DNA of 64,000 bases from Octopus bimaculoides (lineage: Eukaryota), in assembly GCF_001194135.2 (NCBI RefSeq), contig NC_068984.1, forward strand, positions 38,341,003-38,405,002. Reading direction: 5' to 3'. Every line of letters begins with the position of its first letter. The stretch's first letter is position 1. The notes below the pieces were generated by a model. The model saw only the letters and a program-made list of their open reading frames with translations, made no database searches and had not been told where the DNA came from. Below are positions 38,880 to 52,334 of this stretch, in pieces. Position numbers and translations under genes: made by a program.

Positions 38880-39564
38880 GGATCTCTTCAGTTTCACTCA
38901 CAGATTTTTAAATTATCTTTTTTAACTAAACAGTTTGAAATTTCGTATACTGGTGTAATTTCTCACACTCAACATGGTTTATTTTCAACGTTTTTGACAA
39001 AATTTCATATATTAGAAGTTATTTTGTGTTAAAGTTGTTGTATTTGAGTAATTTTAACCAATCAACAATGTGTATTCAGCTGAAGAAAGCTACTGCTGTT
39101 TGCAATAGTAATCGAAGAGCAATAACTTCTGAGTCATCTCTACTATATGTCATCACTCAGTTCTATTTTATTTTTTGTTTGTTTTTTTGCTTTTCAATCG
39201 CCTCTTTGTACGAGTGGTGAAAATGCAAATGTACAAAAATGAAACAAAGCGTGTAATAAACTCAGGCAGTAAACAAAATTAAAATAGAACATAGTGGTGA
39301 CATTTAGTAGAGATGACTCAGAAATTGTTGCTCTTTGATTACTATCGCAAACAGCAGTAGCTTTCTTCAGCTGAATACACGTTGATTGGTTAAAATTACC
39401 CAAACACAACAACTTTAACACAAAATAACTTCTAATATATGAAATTTTGTCAAAAATGTTGAAAGTAAATTGTGTTCAGTGTGAGAAATTACACCAGTAT
39501 ACGAAGTTTCAAACTGTTTAGTTAAAAAATTATTTTTAATCTGTGAGTGAAGCTGAAGAGATCC
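38880..39564. mobile_element. Non-autonomous foldback DNA transposon with ~300-bp TIRs
   Basis: Arms 38880-39180 and 39271-39564 begin GGATCTCTTCAG and end CTGAAGAGATCC; perfect 8-bp TSD CAAAAGAC at 38872-38879 and 39565-39572; interrupts an old RTE 3' end (~38400-39665). Confidence 0.9.
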
Positions 39565-39894
39565 CAAAAGACTGTAATACTTGAAGAGACACCATGCTGA
39601 AGAAAAACTATCCAACCGTTGTAAACACGAAGAAAAAAAAATGGATGTAAAATGTTTATGATGGTTGTAGTGGTGATTACAATATATTCATTTCTTTATT
39701 GGCTTTAATTAACTTAGTATCATTTTATATATTTTCTGGGTTTTTCTTAATTTTAGGTGCTAAATTTCTCTATTTTCTTGGATTTATCTTTGTGTTTGTT
39801 TCAAGTCAATTAAATAGAAACAAATGGTTGTAGAGTGGAGTAGATTTTATTTTATTCCTACTTTAATATTTTTCTCTTATTTTTCAATTTGCAG

Positions 39895-39981
39895 GATGAT
39901 GGCTGGCTAATGGGAATTAAACAATCTGATGGCATACAAGGAGTTTTTCCTGCCAACTTCACTAAAAAACTACTTGGTTGA
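39895..39981 (+). CDS. Amph: Amphiphysin-like last coding exon (SH3, second half, stop)
   Basis: tttgcag; [33 protein letters not shown] and GVFP.NF are amphiphysin SH3 hallmarks. Confidence 0.95.
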   Translation, partial: DDGWLMGIKQSDGIQGVFPANFTKKLLG

Positions 39982-41694
39982 TTAAGCAAAGATTACTACA
40001 TAGTTATTGTTATTGTTGTTGTCAATACTGTTGTCTCCCTGTAAGCCCAGGTGACTACTGTTTTTACCTTGAATTGATTGCTATTTAATCGAGATGCAAG
40101 TCATCAAACTTTGCATAATTCCCTACCCTTATAGATTTGATCAGTTGTACTTGTGGATTAAAGAAAAACTGAAAAGATAACTTTATTAAACATCAAAGAT
40201 GGACATGCTGAGGTCTATCTCAAGGTAAATCAGAGCTTGTTTGTTAAGTAACAGGACAGAATTTTTGTTGCTATGATTAGTTCACTTTAGATTGAATAAC
40301 AAATAGAAATCAACTGGTATCACCTGATAGGTATACAAGGGGAGATGAGTAAAATCAAATTGAAACAACCAGTTAGTCCTACAAAGAAATAGATAAAATG
40401 GTGTTCAAATGTTGTTATGTGGTACTAAAATAAAGGCCTGAATAACCCATGTATGTTGCAGCTTCTCTCCTATTCCTTCTCCTTTATTCTTCAGTCTGTT
40501 ATTCTGTAATGATTTCAGTCAATATTTCATCTTCAAAATTAATCTGGAACATTTCCATTTAGTTTGCCTGGTTAGTTTATTTAGTGTCTATTAAACAATT
40601 AAAATTTAGACATAATTGCTATGCACTAGTATTAATTAGCTTTATAAATCTCATTATGTACAGGCAATTTGATCATGCTTTGATTGATTAATTAGCAGCT
40701 ATGTTTTCATTTTTACAAGAACACATAACCCAACTTGCATATCATTTTTAATATCAGGTGGAAGTGACTTGGTATTTGCTAAATATAGGATCTAGAGATT
40801 AGAGTTCATCTGATTAGTGTTTTGCTATTGCCAGAGCATGGTTTTAGTATATTCTTGATTGTCAAGAAATGATTTTATGAATCTATGTTTGGTGAATGAA
40901 TATAAGAACACAATTTGTGTTATATGTATTTGATGGTTGAATGAAATTAATCCAACCCAGAAGCAGTTATCTATTAGATGCCTTAATTATTTAATGAGAC
41001 ATGTAGTTAAACCAGAAACAGAACAGTTATTTCATTAGTAACTTGTTTGATTTGCGTACATTTGTATGTATATGTGTCTGTATGAGTGCATAGATATGCA
41101 CCTGTAAGCTAGCACTGGTGCTAATGTTTTTATTTTCAATTATATTCAGCTCTACATTGAGATAAAATATTTTCCAGAAATGATAAATATCTGCATAATA
41201 ATACGGTCTTCCATTCGATTTGAATTTCTTGTTCCAATTTTTATTTTTTTATAGCGTCAACCTTTGACATAGTATAACTTTACTAATTCCAAGCAGATTG
41301 CCACTCTTGTTGTGGGACATAAATTTTATAGCATGATTTCATATTTCAGCTCCATCACAGAACTTGTGTAGTTAAGCAAAAAGATATCTCAGTTGAGGTA
41401 GAACTTTCTATCACTTGCGCTAGACTCTATTGTGTTTACTGTGTAAAGCATGCAAACATACCCAGTCTGTGATTTTTCTCCCCATCGCATTTTACAAATG
41501 AACAATGCAGCTATTTAACTGGAATTAATACCAGGTCCAACATTGATTTCAAACTACTAGTCTATATACTTCTAGTAGTTCCTGTTCTATATCATCGATT
41601 TTGTTTGTGTGTGTGTATGTTTTATCATGTATATATTTTTTTTTAAACAGATAATAAGCTGAAGGACCATTTTTTAGTTTGATCCAGAACCACG

Positions 41695-41971
41695 AATAAA
41701 ATATAAAAATTTTCTATGTAAAATATCCAATATTGAATTTATTTCTCACTTTCCATAATTTACCTCTGTAATTTATCTATGTGTGTTTGCGTATCTCTTT
41801 TCTGTTTATGTGTACATATGTATGTCTGTGTGCGCATATCTGTAATATATATGAGTGTGTGTATGTATGTATGTAACGTTGACCTTTATTTCTTAATAAA
41901 CAAAATGTATGTATGTGTATATATACATAAACATATATACGCACACACACACACATAATTTAAAAAATAAA
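41695..41971 (+). promoter_or_regulatory. Candidate polyadenylation signals of the amphiphysin-like gene
   Basis: AATAAA at 41695, 41895 and 41966, the last followed by a T-rich tract. They close a ~2-kb stretch after the stop codon with no recognisable TE remnants. Confidence 0.4.
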
Positions 41972-42154
41972 ACTATTTTTATGTCATTTACTGCTTAAAG
42001 AAAAAAAAAACGATTAATTGTTAAAAGTTGGAGAGGAAACAAGCCTGTTTTACTTTGAATTTCAAACTATCAATCTCCCAGTCTCTGTATTTCTAGCTGT
42101 TGGCTTAGAATACTCTTTAAAAAGAAATACAGACTTTATTATACATTCATTATT

Positions 42155-43000
42155 ATGGCAGAATTGATAGAGCAGAAGACAAACTACCTTGCAGTTTATA
42201 GTTATATCCCTTCACATACTGAGTAACAATCCCACCAGTGTCAATGTAGCCTTTCATCCTTTCGGAGTCGATAAAAAAAACAAAATACCAAATAATACTG
42301 GGGTTGATATAATTGACTTTTCTGTTCCCCAAAATTTGTTGGTTTTCGTTGTGCCTATGTTAGAAATTGTTATTATTATTGTTATTGTGGTGATGGTGGT
42401 ATTGGTGGTTGATCTATAGTGCAATGGTCTGTGTTGTCAGTGAACAAAACTTTTCATCCTGGTTTGGTTTCCTATTGACTCCACTTGTTTGCTAATGTGC
42501 TTGCATAAATTCTCATTTTCCCACTTTTGTATTTTTGAGACAAGATATCTCTTTCCAAGTAAAAAAAAAAAATGGTTATTATTATTATTATTATTATCTT
42601 TATAGGGCAGAATTATCAGAGCATCAAAAATATATATTTGCAGCATTCTGGCTATTTGCATTCTGTGTTCAAATCCTGTTGACTTTCATCCTTCTGGGGT
42701 CAATAAAATAAAGTACCAGTCAAGTACTGGAGTTGATTTAATCAACTAACCCCTCTCCACAAATTTCTGGTCTTGTGCCTATGCAAAAAAAAAAAAAAAA
42801 TTATAACGTAGAATTGATTGCAATGTTTCTTGTTTTATTTTTTTTTATTTTCTGAATTCAAATTCTACCAAGGTCAGTTTTGCCTTTCATACCTTTGGGG
42901 TCAATAAAGATAAAGTACCAGTCTAGTACTGAGGTTGATGGTATCAACTAAGTTCCTTCCTTCAAAATCTCTGACCTTGTGCTTAAATTAGAAACCATTG
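42155..43000 (+). mobile_element. Cluster of three tandem tRNA-headed SINE copies
   Basis: Core CTTTCATCC..GGGGTC.ATAAA..AAGTACCAG recurs at ~42250, ~42685 and ~42880, each with a CCCCAAAATT..TGG.CTTGTGCC-type tail. Another copy lies at ~43545-43720. Confidence 0.7.
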
Positions 43001-45779
43001 TTATAATTGAAGCTCTTATTATTACAAAGATTCCTATTATTAGTGTAAAACTATAACTCTGCCAGTACAGAACTTAGATGTATCAATACAATTAATGAAG
43101 TAATTACTACCTATAACTATAAACTGAAGGTATTGAAGTGGTCTCTACATAGATTCTTTATCTGTTAGAAATACCTGCTAACTCTCCTTCAAGTTACCCC
43201 ATACTATGTGGTCCAAGATTATACTATTCAATGTGACAAGTTGGTCATAGCTGAAACACCTTTGCTCATAATGTCTGAACAAACAAGGAGGGCTAACTTG
43301 GAGCTAAGCAAGAACAACAAACTGAAGATCACCATCTGTATAATTGAATATCTAGAAATAGACTGTCAAATGAAATGGTACCTTGTATTAACTAGTTATG
43401 ACCTGAGATGAAAACCCACCAGCAATGATTTTTTGCCTTTCATCTCTTTACAATGGTGTGAATAAAATACTAAAGTTGATATGTGTATGTGTGTGTGTTT
43501 TATTTTCAAAATCAGACATCTTTATATAACTATTGTCATGAAGGACAGTGAGCCGACAGAAATGGTAGAGCACCAGACTAAAATGTCATACGGTGCTTCG
43601 TTTTGCTTCTCTTTTTTCTAAGTTTAAACCTTATTGGGGTTAATTTTTCTCTTGGTTTTTTGTTTTTACTATCAATAAAATAATACATTGGAGTTGATTT
43701 CAATGACTACTCTCTGTACACTTTATAAAAATTTTCATTTTTCCTTGTCAAAGTAATAATAATTGTTTCTAATTTAGGCACAAGGCCAGCCTACTAGGTT
43801 CAATTTTACTTTTCATTTGCTGATAAAATAAGTATTATAACAGTGTCAATTCATTCTAGAATTGAATTGTAGTTATTCCTCTACAAGATAAGATTTAAAA
43901 AGGGAATTAAAACAAAAAAGGAGTTTTTATTAGGGTGGCTCAGTATTCAAATGGGTAAGATATGGACTTGGTGCACTTGCACTTTGTCACAGGTACTGTT
44001 TAGTTCTTCAGCAAGATACTTTGCAATGCTCAAGACATTATTGTTATCAGCATTTGTAGTAGTACTATTATTACTAACATTTCTAAAGATTTTAATCCAA
44101 CATCTCATTTCAGTCATCAATATTCTTGTTGTGACATACGTTTTTGCATTTAAACATCTGCAAGTGTATATATTTGAGATTTATTGACTGTATATAATTA
44201 TTATTTGGATATTATTTTGTTTATCTTGCAAGGTAGCAATTTAAAATAAAATTTTAATCATTGTTGAAATTGATCTTGTTTTTCCCCAATCATGTAAGTC
44301 CAATACTCTATTCACTCATGCAAGCTGAAGTTTTATTGTTTATCCTTTCTTTATTTCAATTTTTTATAAAGGTTTTATTTTATTCAACATAAGAAAAAGA
44401 AATAGAATTGTGTATTCGGTCCCGTCTTGGCAATGCCAATCTATCAAATGTACTCTCCTCTCTCACCCATGTGGTAAACGAATTTATCTTTCATATTGAT
44501 GTGCTGACTTACTAATCCATAGCTAATGAGTTCAATTCTTACATTATACCCTTAGGCTGGGACAAATAGTTGGACTCGACTATGTAACTGAACAACGACT
44601 GCATTGAACTCACCAGTTTGGGAAGATTTGGGTGCTTTATGAGCACAATACCATCCTTCTCAGATTAAACAAAGAAAAAAAATCAAGGTCATCCCTGATT
44701 TACAACTGAAAAATTGTAATTATGAATGATGGCTTGTAAAATTTCTCATGAAAAACGTGGAAAAATTATGTCTAAAACAAACATTAAAAAAGCTATAAGC
44801 ATTCAGGTAGTTTTTGTGATCAGATCTTACGAATTCAACTTTTGTATAAAATTTTTATGGCTAGTATGCTTAAGTCCTAAACCATTTTCCTTTTAGGTGT
44901 GTTATTTCAGCTAAGCTGCTTCACTTAATGAAATCAATCAAAAATACAATCCCAGTTGTTAATCAGTGTAACTGAACCCATCTTGAAGAAAATATCAAAA
45001 GATATATAATTTGAATTTTTGTGGTGGCTTTTGAAATTTTCTTTTACAGCCTTTCTGATGGTTGTACTATTTTCAGTTCTAAATATTTCTAATTTGCAGC
45101 TATGCAAAAATTAACAGTAAAATGGGTGCTAATGTTCTTGATGTAATGAACCAAAAAATTTTAATTAATTATAATTATATATCATTAATGATGAGAGCAG
45201 TTAATATATGAGATGCAGTGAGAAGTGAGTTTGACATTTAGCAATATAGGAACAACTAAAGACGTGTTCCAATCTTGCTAGACTTCATCAGCAAAGCATT
45301 GCCTTACTGTTACTGCAAGATCTTGGAATTACTGGGGAGAAATAAAATTTCTTGTGAATGTAATAACTTAAAAGTATAACTAGAAGGGGTAAGAGTGAAA
45401 TACCCAAGGATGCCTGCTGCACAAAAGCAAAATCTTAATAGTAAAATGCAAGCTANNNNNNNNNNNNNNNNNNNNNNNNNNNNNNNNNNNNNNNNNNNNN
45501 NNNNNNNNNNNNNNNNNNNNNNNNNNNNNNNNNNNNNNNNNNNNNNNNNNNNNNNNNNNNNNNNNNNNNNNNNNNNNNNNNNNNNNNNNNNNNNNNNNNN
45601 NACTACTAAAATTACACAAAGACTAGATAAGGTTGAGACTTCAACTTTGCCTGGATAAGTTTTCAGCTTGAGTCAAAATAGCTGTGCCTATTGCTACTGA
45701 TTTTCTGTTCTCTCATTTTGTGCTGCTGCTCAGTTTTCAACAAGGCTACAATATGTTTACATATTTAAATTATGAACAT

Positions 45780-45953
45780 ACGTAAAAGCACCCACTACAC
45801 TCTCTGAGTGGTTGGCGTTAGGAAGGGCATCCAGCTGTAGAAACTCTGCCAAATCAGACTGGAGCCTGGTGTTGCCATCCGGTTTCACCAGTCCTCAGTC
45901 AAATCGTCCAACCCATGCTAGCATGGAAAGCGGACGTTAAACGATGATGATGA
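45780..45953 (+). mobile_element. Young RTE 3' tail fragment
   Basis: About 5 differences from 27750-27925 over ~170 nt (counted by eye). Confidence 0.88.
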
Positions 45954-48900
45954 TACTATACACTACTACACTAGAATTCCTGATAAATGTTCTTTTATTT
46001 TACTTTGTCTGGTTACTTAATAGTTATATTTAGTTTCACATTTGTTCAACTTTTAAAAGACCAAAAATGTCTTGACAAGGTTTGTGATTGTAATAGTTGG
46101 ATGATGTCCTACAATTGAAGTCATTAACTGTTTTAGTAATTTAAACTAGTCAGATAATTAAGGACGGCATTGTACTAAAGTTAAACAACCTTTTTTTTTT
46201 TCCCTTCTTCTATAATGAATATTAATTGAATTTCATTTAATCTAAATAAATCTGGCAGCAATATACTTTTGATGTTTTCTGAATAAGTGAAATTTTAACA
46301 AACACAATCTCTGATAATTCTTATAAACAGAATCTACAAAAAAAATATATTAACTGAAATGTTCTGTTCTATCTAATTTTTCACTTTTCTTTATCTTTTG
46401 GTATAAATTACCAATTAATTTCATTTTACTGTAATTGTGTTGACTTTATAAGGAAAGTATTTCTATTTGAACTCCAGTATCCTACTACACCTCCATACTG
46501 AACTGAACTTGCTCCTATCTAGCTTCATTTACTAATGCTTAATATCCAGAAGAGTAATATTTAAGACTTTTTCCAAGTAAACTGTAGTTAAAGGCAGGCC
46601 TACCTTAATATGATGAGATATGGTACAGTTTTGTAGCATATGTTCAATGACATGAAGTTTAGAATTTTCTTTGTTTATTTTTGTCCTTGAGCTTTGCTGC
46701 TTGAATAATTTATTTTAATTTAATTTATCTGAGCATTGCTCAATCTCTAAAAATGTCTCCTAACTAAAGAAAATGCTCTCTGTATGTATCATTTTAAGAG
46801 GCATGAAAAAAAAAAAAAAAAAAGATAAGAAAAAGAGAAAAGACTTAAATTTTTTTTTTTCATCTTCAGTATCTGGTAATGAAATTTTGAATAACTGTTC
46901 ATCTGGAAAGTATTCTTTGAAATGTTCATTGTTAAATGTTTGATTTTCTCTCCCATCATATACACAGCAACTTTATTTATTTAACTCCACTAATCATCCC
47001 TCAAACCCCTTGACAAAAATTTGTATGAAGTCCTAACTATTGTACCTAATACCTCCTTCAAATAATTTACCATCTCTGTCACTAACCCCACCCCCATTCT
47101 GTTACCCAGAGAGGAAAAAAAACATTGAAAAAAAAATCAAAATATTGAAAGTGGTTTTTTAATTGTTTTTTTTTTTTTCTGCTTCAGTTTCTTTTCGGGA
47201 AGTTAATTTGATGGCCCTAAATTGCCAAACAAATTTCTATCAGTACTGTGTACACTTGCAATTTTCTTCTAAGCTTTTAGCTCTTTGGTCATAGAAACCC
47301 ATGTTAAGGTAACCAATGCTGCAATATATCTTTGGCTAAGCCCTTTGAGTTTCCATTGGTCCTGTCTAATAAGCTGTAAGGAGGTACAGTAGGAGCACTA
47401 ATAATTTATTAGTGTTTTCTCTCTTTTTTTTTTTTTTTTTTTTTTTGAAAGTTTGCATCAGTATATGTTTGATATAAAATTCTTACATACACAGTTTTGT
47501 TAGAAGAAAACACGAAATTACAAGAATTCAGTTTCATTATAATGAACAGGATTCAAATTTTGATTGACAAACAGTAATATTACTGTTAATACTGGATGTT
47601 TTTTCATCCTTCGAATCCTCCTGTGCATGCATATAGCTTTGAGACAGATGGCTTCTGCCAGGCAAATTTGCTTTAGATTAAACTTTATAACGGTAAAATC
47701 ATCATTGGACTCTCAACAACCTCATGGGTTACAGAACATACCATTTTGAAGAATGTACTGCAATGTAACAATTTCGTTTAAAAAAAAAAAAAGGACAATC
47801 TCATTACTATTGTAGATATTTCATGAGTTTTTTTTTCTTTAGTTCTGTTTATATCCATATTTCAATCAGTTTGTATTTGTTAAAAAACAGAATAAGAAAT
47901 CTGTTTGGCTTAATCTCTTTTCAATTTAATGCCTCTTGGCCTTGTTGGTGGATACATTTATGAACTTCAGTTTGTGAATGATTTAATTTCTTTATCTATT
48001 TTTTGAAGTGTAATTTATTCCAAATCGCAGTTTATTATGGCATTTTAATAATGTCAGCTTTGACTTCCAAAAATAAAACTCCAATCTTTGCAACTGTTTC
48101 TTCTTTCTTTGCCTGAGTTATTTTTGTTTGAATACTCCTAAATTCTGATCAAGTAAATCTATGCCATAAAGGTAATCAGTGTAGCAAGGCAGCAATATGA
48201 CGTAATTTTGGCTTGCCCGAACAAGCATAATTGTTGGTATCCCATTGGTTAAAATTACTGCCCATATACAAATTCTAAACTTTCGTCAAAGAAATCTTTC
48301 ACAAAATACAGTTCTTAGACTTCGGATATGAGCAGTTATAAAAACCCTGTAAACTCCACAACACTCATTCATTGAGATATTGGCTATTTTTTATGTCATG
48401 TCTATGATAAAAATCCAACAAGACTTATTTGAATTGTTGTGAACTTTGGTAGTTAGTATGAAGGATTAGCTAGTATGAATTTTAAGTCGTAATTCTCTAC
48501 AACAAAATGACTTCACTTTCCAATTGTACTATAAATGCTAAATGTACATAAATAAACTAATGTAGCAATTATTTTCTCTTTCTTCACATTCTTCAACTTG
48601 TTAATGAAATTTATTTCTGCAATTATGAAACTATTTCTTATAGTGGTTAAAAGAACACGAATTTATTTCTCTTCAACATAAATGCACGCATAAAATGTCC
48701 GTTAGTGTTTCAGAGTATATATTTCTCACTATGGTGTTTATGTAGCTGGAGTCAGGATTTATGTATAATGATAACACTTATAAGTAAGTTATAAATGACA
48801 TGTTTATCAATATATATTCCCACTTCAAAAGTAAAATATATTTCTTATCTCTTTCCAAATAGGAACCATAAAAGTAGTGTTACACAAACAGTAACCAAAC

Positions 48901-49455
48901 TGGCTATAAAATCAGTGAAACATTCAATGATTATTAACTCAGTGATGCTTTCTACAGGAAATAATATTTCAAATTTTGACACAAGGCTAGCAATTTTGGG
49001 GGAGGGAGAGTTAGTCAGTTACAGTACTATTTTATCAACCCCAAAAGGATGAAAATATGAAGGAATAAATATCACAAACCACTTTTGTCAAAGCTTTAAC
49101 AATTCTACAAGTTTATCACCTTATTGATAATTTCTCTAACTTGCCACACAAAATTTGGAGGCTTATATAGAATCAAATGATAAAGGTATACATTAAAAAG
49201 AAATGATGCAATCCTACTGACATAAGACAATTTCTAGGGCCAGTTAAGGAACCCCCACCATCCAACATCCTCTGAAACAAAGAGATAGTACAGTCTTGAA
49301 TTATTCTTTGACTTACAGGTACAGACTTATATTTAGAATGGTCCCATGCACTCTTGCCTTCTCACCCAATAATAATAATCATTCAGCTAAGTTTTTTAAT
49401 GCTCTCAACATTAAATATGAGAAATATTTTCTTACTACATAATTATTTCTAGCTC

Positions 49456-49496
<41 letters not shown>

Positions 49497-49649
49497 GCTC
49501 CCTGTTTTAAATATGTTAATACTTGTTCAATAATACAATATACTGGATATGGCAGACTTACATAACATGCCTGAGTAGTTGCATTTGATCCACTTCTTTG
49601 GTTCTGAGTTCAAAATCCACTGAAACCAACTTTACCTTTCCATGAGTAC

Positions 49650-49850
49650 AAAGCATTCTTTATGGAGCCAAAACCTAGACTAGGAAAAAGGAGCTTCACA
49701 ATTGTTTTGATGATATATACATTATACTTCTGATGAAGACTGAAAACATTTTATGGTGAGCACAAGATCAAAGAAGAGATTTATGGATACATTCCATAAA
49801 TCTCTATTATTGTTGCTCAGTACAGGATAAGGAAAGGTAAAGTTCATCAA
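49650..49850 (+). mobile_element. Second RTE lineage, 3' fragment
   Basis: Decayed SIL(L)YGA.T*...DG.YT...; homologous to 52380-52880. Confidence 0.6.
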
Positions 49851-51949
49851 AATAAAGTAATAAATACTAGGATTGATTCTTTTCTCAAAATCTTCTGTAC
49901 TGTTTAGGACTTGGGGAATGGGGACCACTAACTGTAAAACTTATTATTCAAGACAATCACTTCCATTCTGTTGCAACGAAAGAATATTGTCACTGAGGCT
50001 CTGGCAGGGTATAAGAAATGATTGTTATTTAGGAAACAGTTAAGTGGTGAGCTGGTAGAATTGTTAGTGTGTTGGATAAAATGTTTAGAGTCAATAAAAT
50101 AAGTACCAGTTGAGAAAAGGAGTTGACGTAATCAACTTACCCCTCCTCTAAAATTGCTTGTTGTGTGCCAAAATCCGAAACTAGTTAAGGAATCGGTTAT
50201 TATTGTAGAACAAAAAATAAACTCCCAAGTTTTTGATCCAGTTGTTAGAGCAGGTTCAAGTCAATTCACTTCATTTATACTATTAATATGGATGCAGCAT
50301 GACTAAATGGTTGCTGAGTTTAGTTTGCAACCATGAGATCTTGGGCTTGATTTCACTGCATGGTATTTTGGGCATGTGTCTATTACCGTAACCTTAAGTC
50401 AAATAAGCATGACATTTCTTAATAACATATTAATCAGTGCAACAAGTGTGAAATTAGACAGTTAAAAAGTAAAATATTAACTTATTACTCTGAGAATATT
50501 CCTAGGTATGAGGATTCTATGCATCTACCACTCAATTTTGTTACTTAGAAATAATTAGATTTAGTCTTTAACAAACTGCTCAGCAGAGTTTTTGAGTAGA
50601 TTCCTACCAACAAATAAATATATTCAAGATTGCTAGATCATTAAATTCCTCCAGTTCCTGACTCTCAAATATCTTGTGACTATTAAAATATCACTGTACT
50701 TTGATTATAAGATAGCATATGCAAGAAAAATGTTCACTAACTGGCAATCCTGAGATATCTTGCAATTGTACCTTCTTATATATTTAGTTGTCATGTTAGA
50801 TTTTAATAGCAAACATTTTACTATTATTGGTAACTTCTGGGTTTTTTTCTTTTTCTCATTATATAAAAAATGACACAAGTATGGCTGCAATGCTTAAAAA
50901 GTTTGCTTCCCAACTACATGGTTTTGAGTTCAACTCCACAACGTCTTCTACAATAGCCATGGGCAGACCAAAATCTTTAAGTGGGTTTGGTAGATGGAAA
51001 CTGAAATAAACTAATCATATATAAAATGTTTGTGTCTCTTTGTCTTGACATCACAAGATGGTTGTAAAAGCAGTTTTGTTTGTTTTCAGCCTTTTAGAAA
51101 AGCATGATGAATATGACATTGCTTGGAAAGAGGAGAGGCATCTGACTCAGAAAATCTGCCTCAACAAAGTCAACCTGGCCCATGCAAGCACGGAAGAGTA
51201 GATGACCCTGAGTTAAATGTGAAAGTTTTCTGTCTCAGGGTGTTAGTATAGAAAATGAAATAAAAGAGGGGAATAAACAAATGCAGAGACCTATACACCG
51301 TCATCATTCAATGCCCATTTTCCATGCTGGCATGGGTTGGACTGATTGACAGGAGCTGATCAGCTGAAGGACTGTTTAGGCTCCATGTCAGTTTTGGCAT
51401 GGTTTCTATGGCTGGATGGCCTTTCTAATACCTTGCTGTAATTATTAGCAAAGTTTCAGAACTAGCATAAACATTAGAAATACATTCTGTAAGTGTACTT
51501 GTTCTTGCAGTATTCTCAGTGATTAAAATACATCTTTGGCCAATAATTTAGAAGAGAAAATCTGTAAAAACCGTTTATAACAGGATATGGGCCACTGGAG
51601 ATATGGATTGCTAATTTTCCAAATATTTATGGGATGTTGACTTAGTTAAGCTTTTTTCTTTTGTCATTAAGATTTAGATCCTTTGTTGTAGATTTTGTAT
51701 TTTATACTAGATTTCTTTTTTGGTTCAATGTTTGCATTACATCTTACTAAAAAACATTCATGTTTTGAAGCCTTTATCAGTGTTTATTTGCAAATGTTTT
51801 GAAAATTTGCTTCAGACACAAGGCAGACAACTCATTCTTCTATTTTGGACTTAAGTCATTAACAAAATACATCACAAAGACTTACTGATTTAACTGTGTC
51901 ACCGCCCTTGATTCTTAAAAAAAATAATGGGAGGAAGAAAGAACGGAAA

Positions 51950-52320
51950 GTTATAGATATAACGAATGAAATGTCTGGAGAATGAACATAGCCTTGTTGA
52001 CTTCAAAATGCTTGACTGCCAGATGTTTTGAAGCTTGTAGGCTCTCCAGGTTAGCACCTTTGTATATAAGAAAATCTTTCTTATTATCAGCAACATAAGA
52101 ACAAAGGTACATGAAGTTACTGACCTCCTTGGATTGTGTGCCTTTGTTAGAATGAATCGGCCAGTGGTTTTCATAATCACTGATAGCCATGTATTTAGTC
52201 TTCTTTGGATTTAGAAATACTCCAACATTGTCAGAAATGTTAACAAGTCTTATGTGTCACGCAGTCGATTAGGTGTATGAGTAGTCATCATCATCGTCAA
52301 GAATCAGAGACATTCAGGTT
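51950..52320 (-). mobile_element. Second RTE lineage, RT fragment (inverted)
   Basis: On -: DDDD (YADD region)...DNVGVFLNPKKTKYMAIS...KEVSNFMYLCSYVADNKKDF...IWQSSI..TRL. Confidence 0.7.
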
Positions 52321-52334
52321 TTGATCACTTCTGT

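Noticed and set aside
38838-39615. Paired homologous ORFs on opposite strands
   Set aside because: A by-product of the foldback element's inverted arms; no transposase motifs.
43208-43411. ORF VVQDYTIQCDKLVIAETP...
   Set aside because: Only a faint resemblance to the Dong/R4 endonuclease WDF.IQ.D segment; not enough for a call, and no support as a host gene.
45265-45310. Hammerhead-like string on - (CTGATGA AGTCT-AGCA-AGATT GGAAC AC GTC)
   Set aside because: GAAA is GGAA and the flanks do not form stem I.
47564-47749. Exon-like, relatively GC-balanced stretch
   Set aside because: No convincing splice sites and no recognisable protein in any frame.
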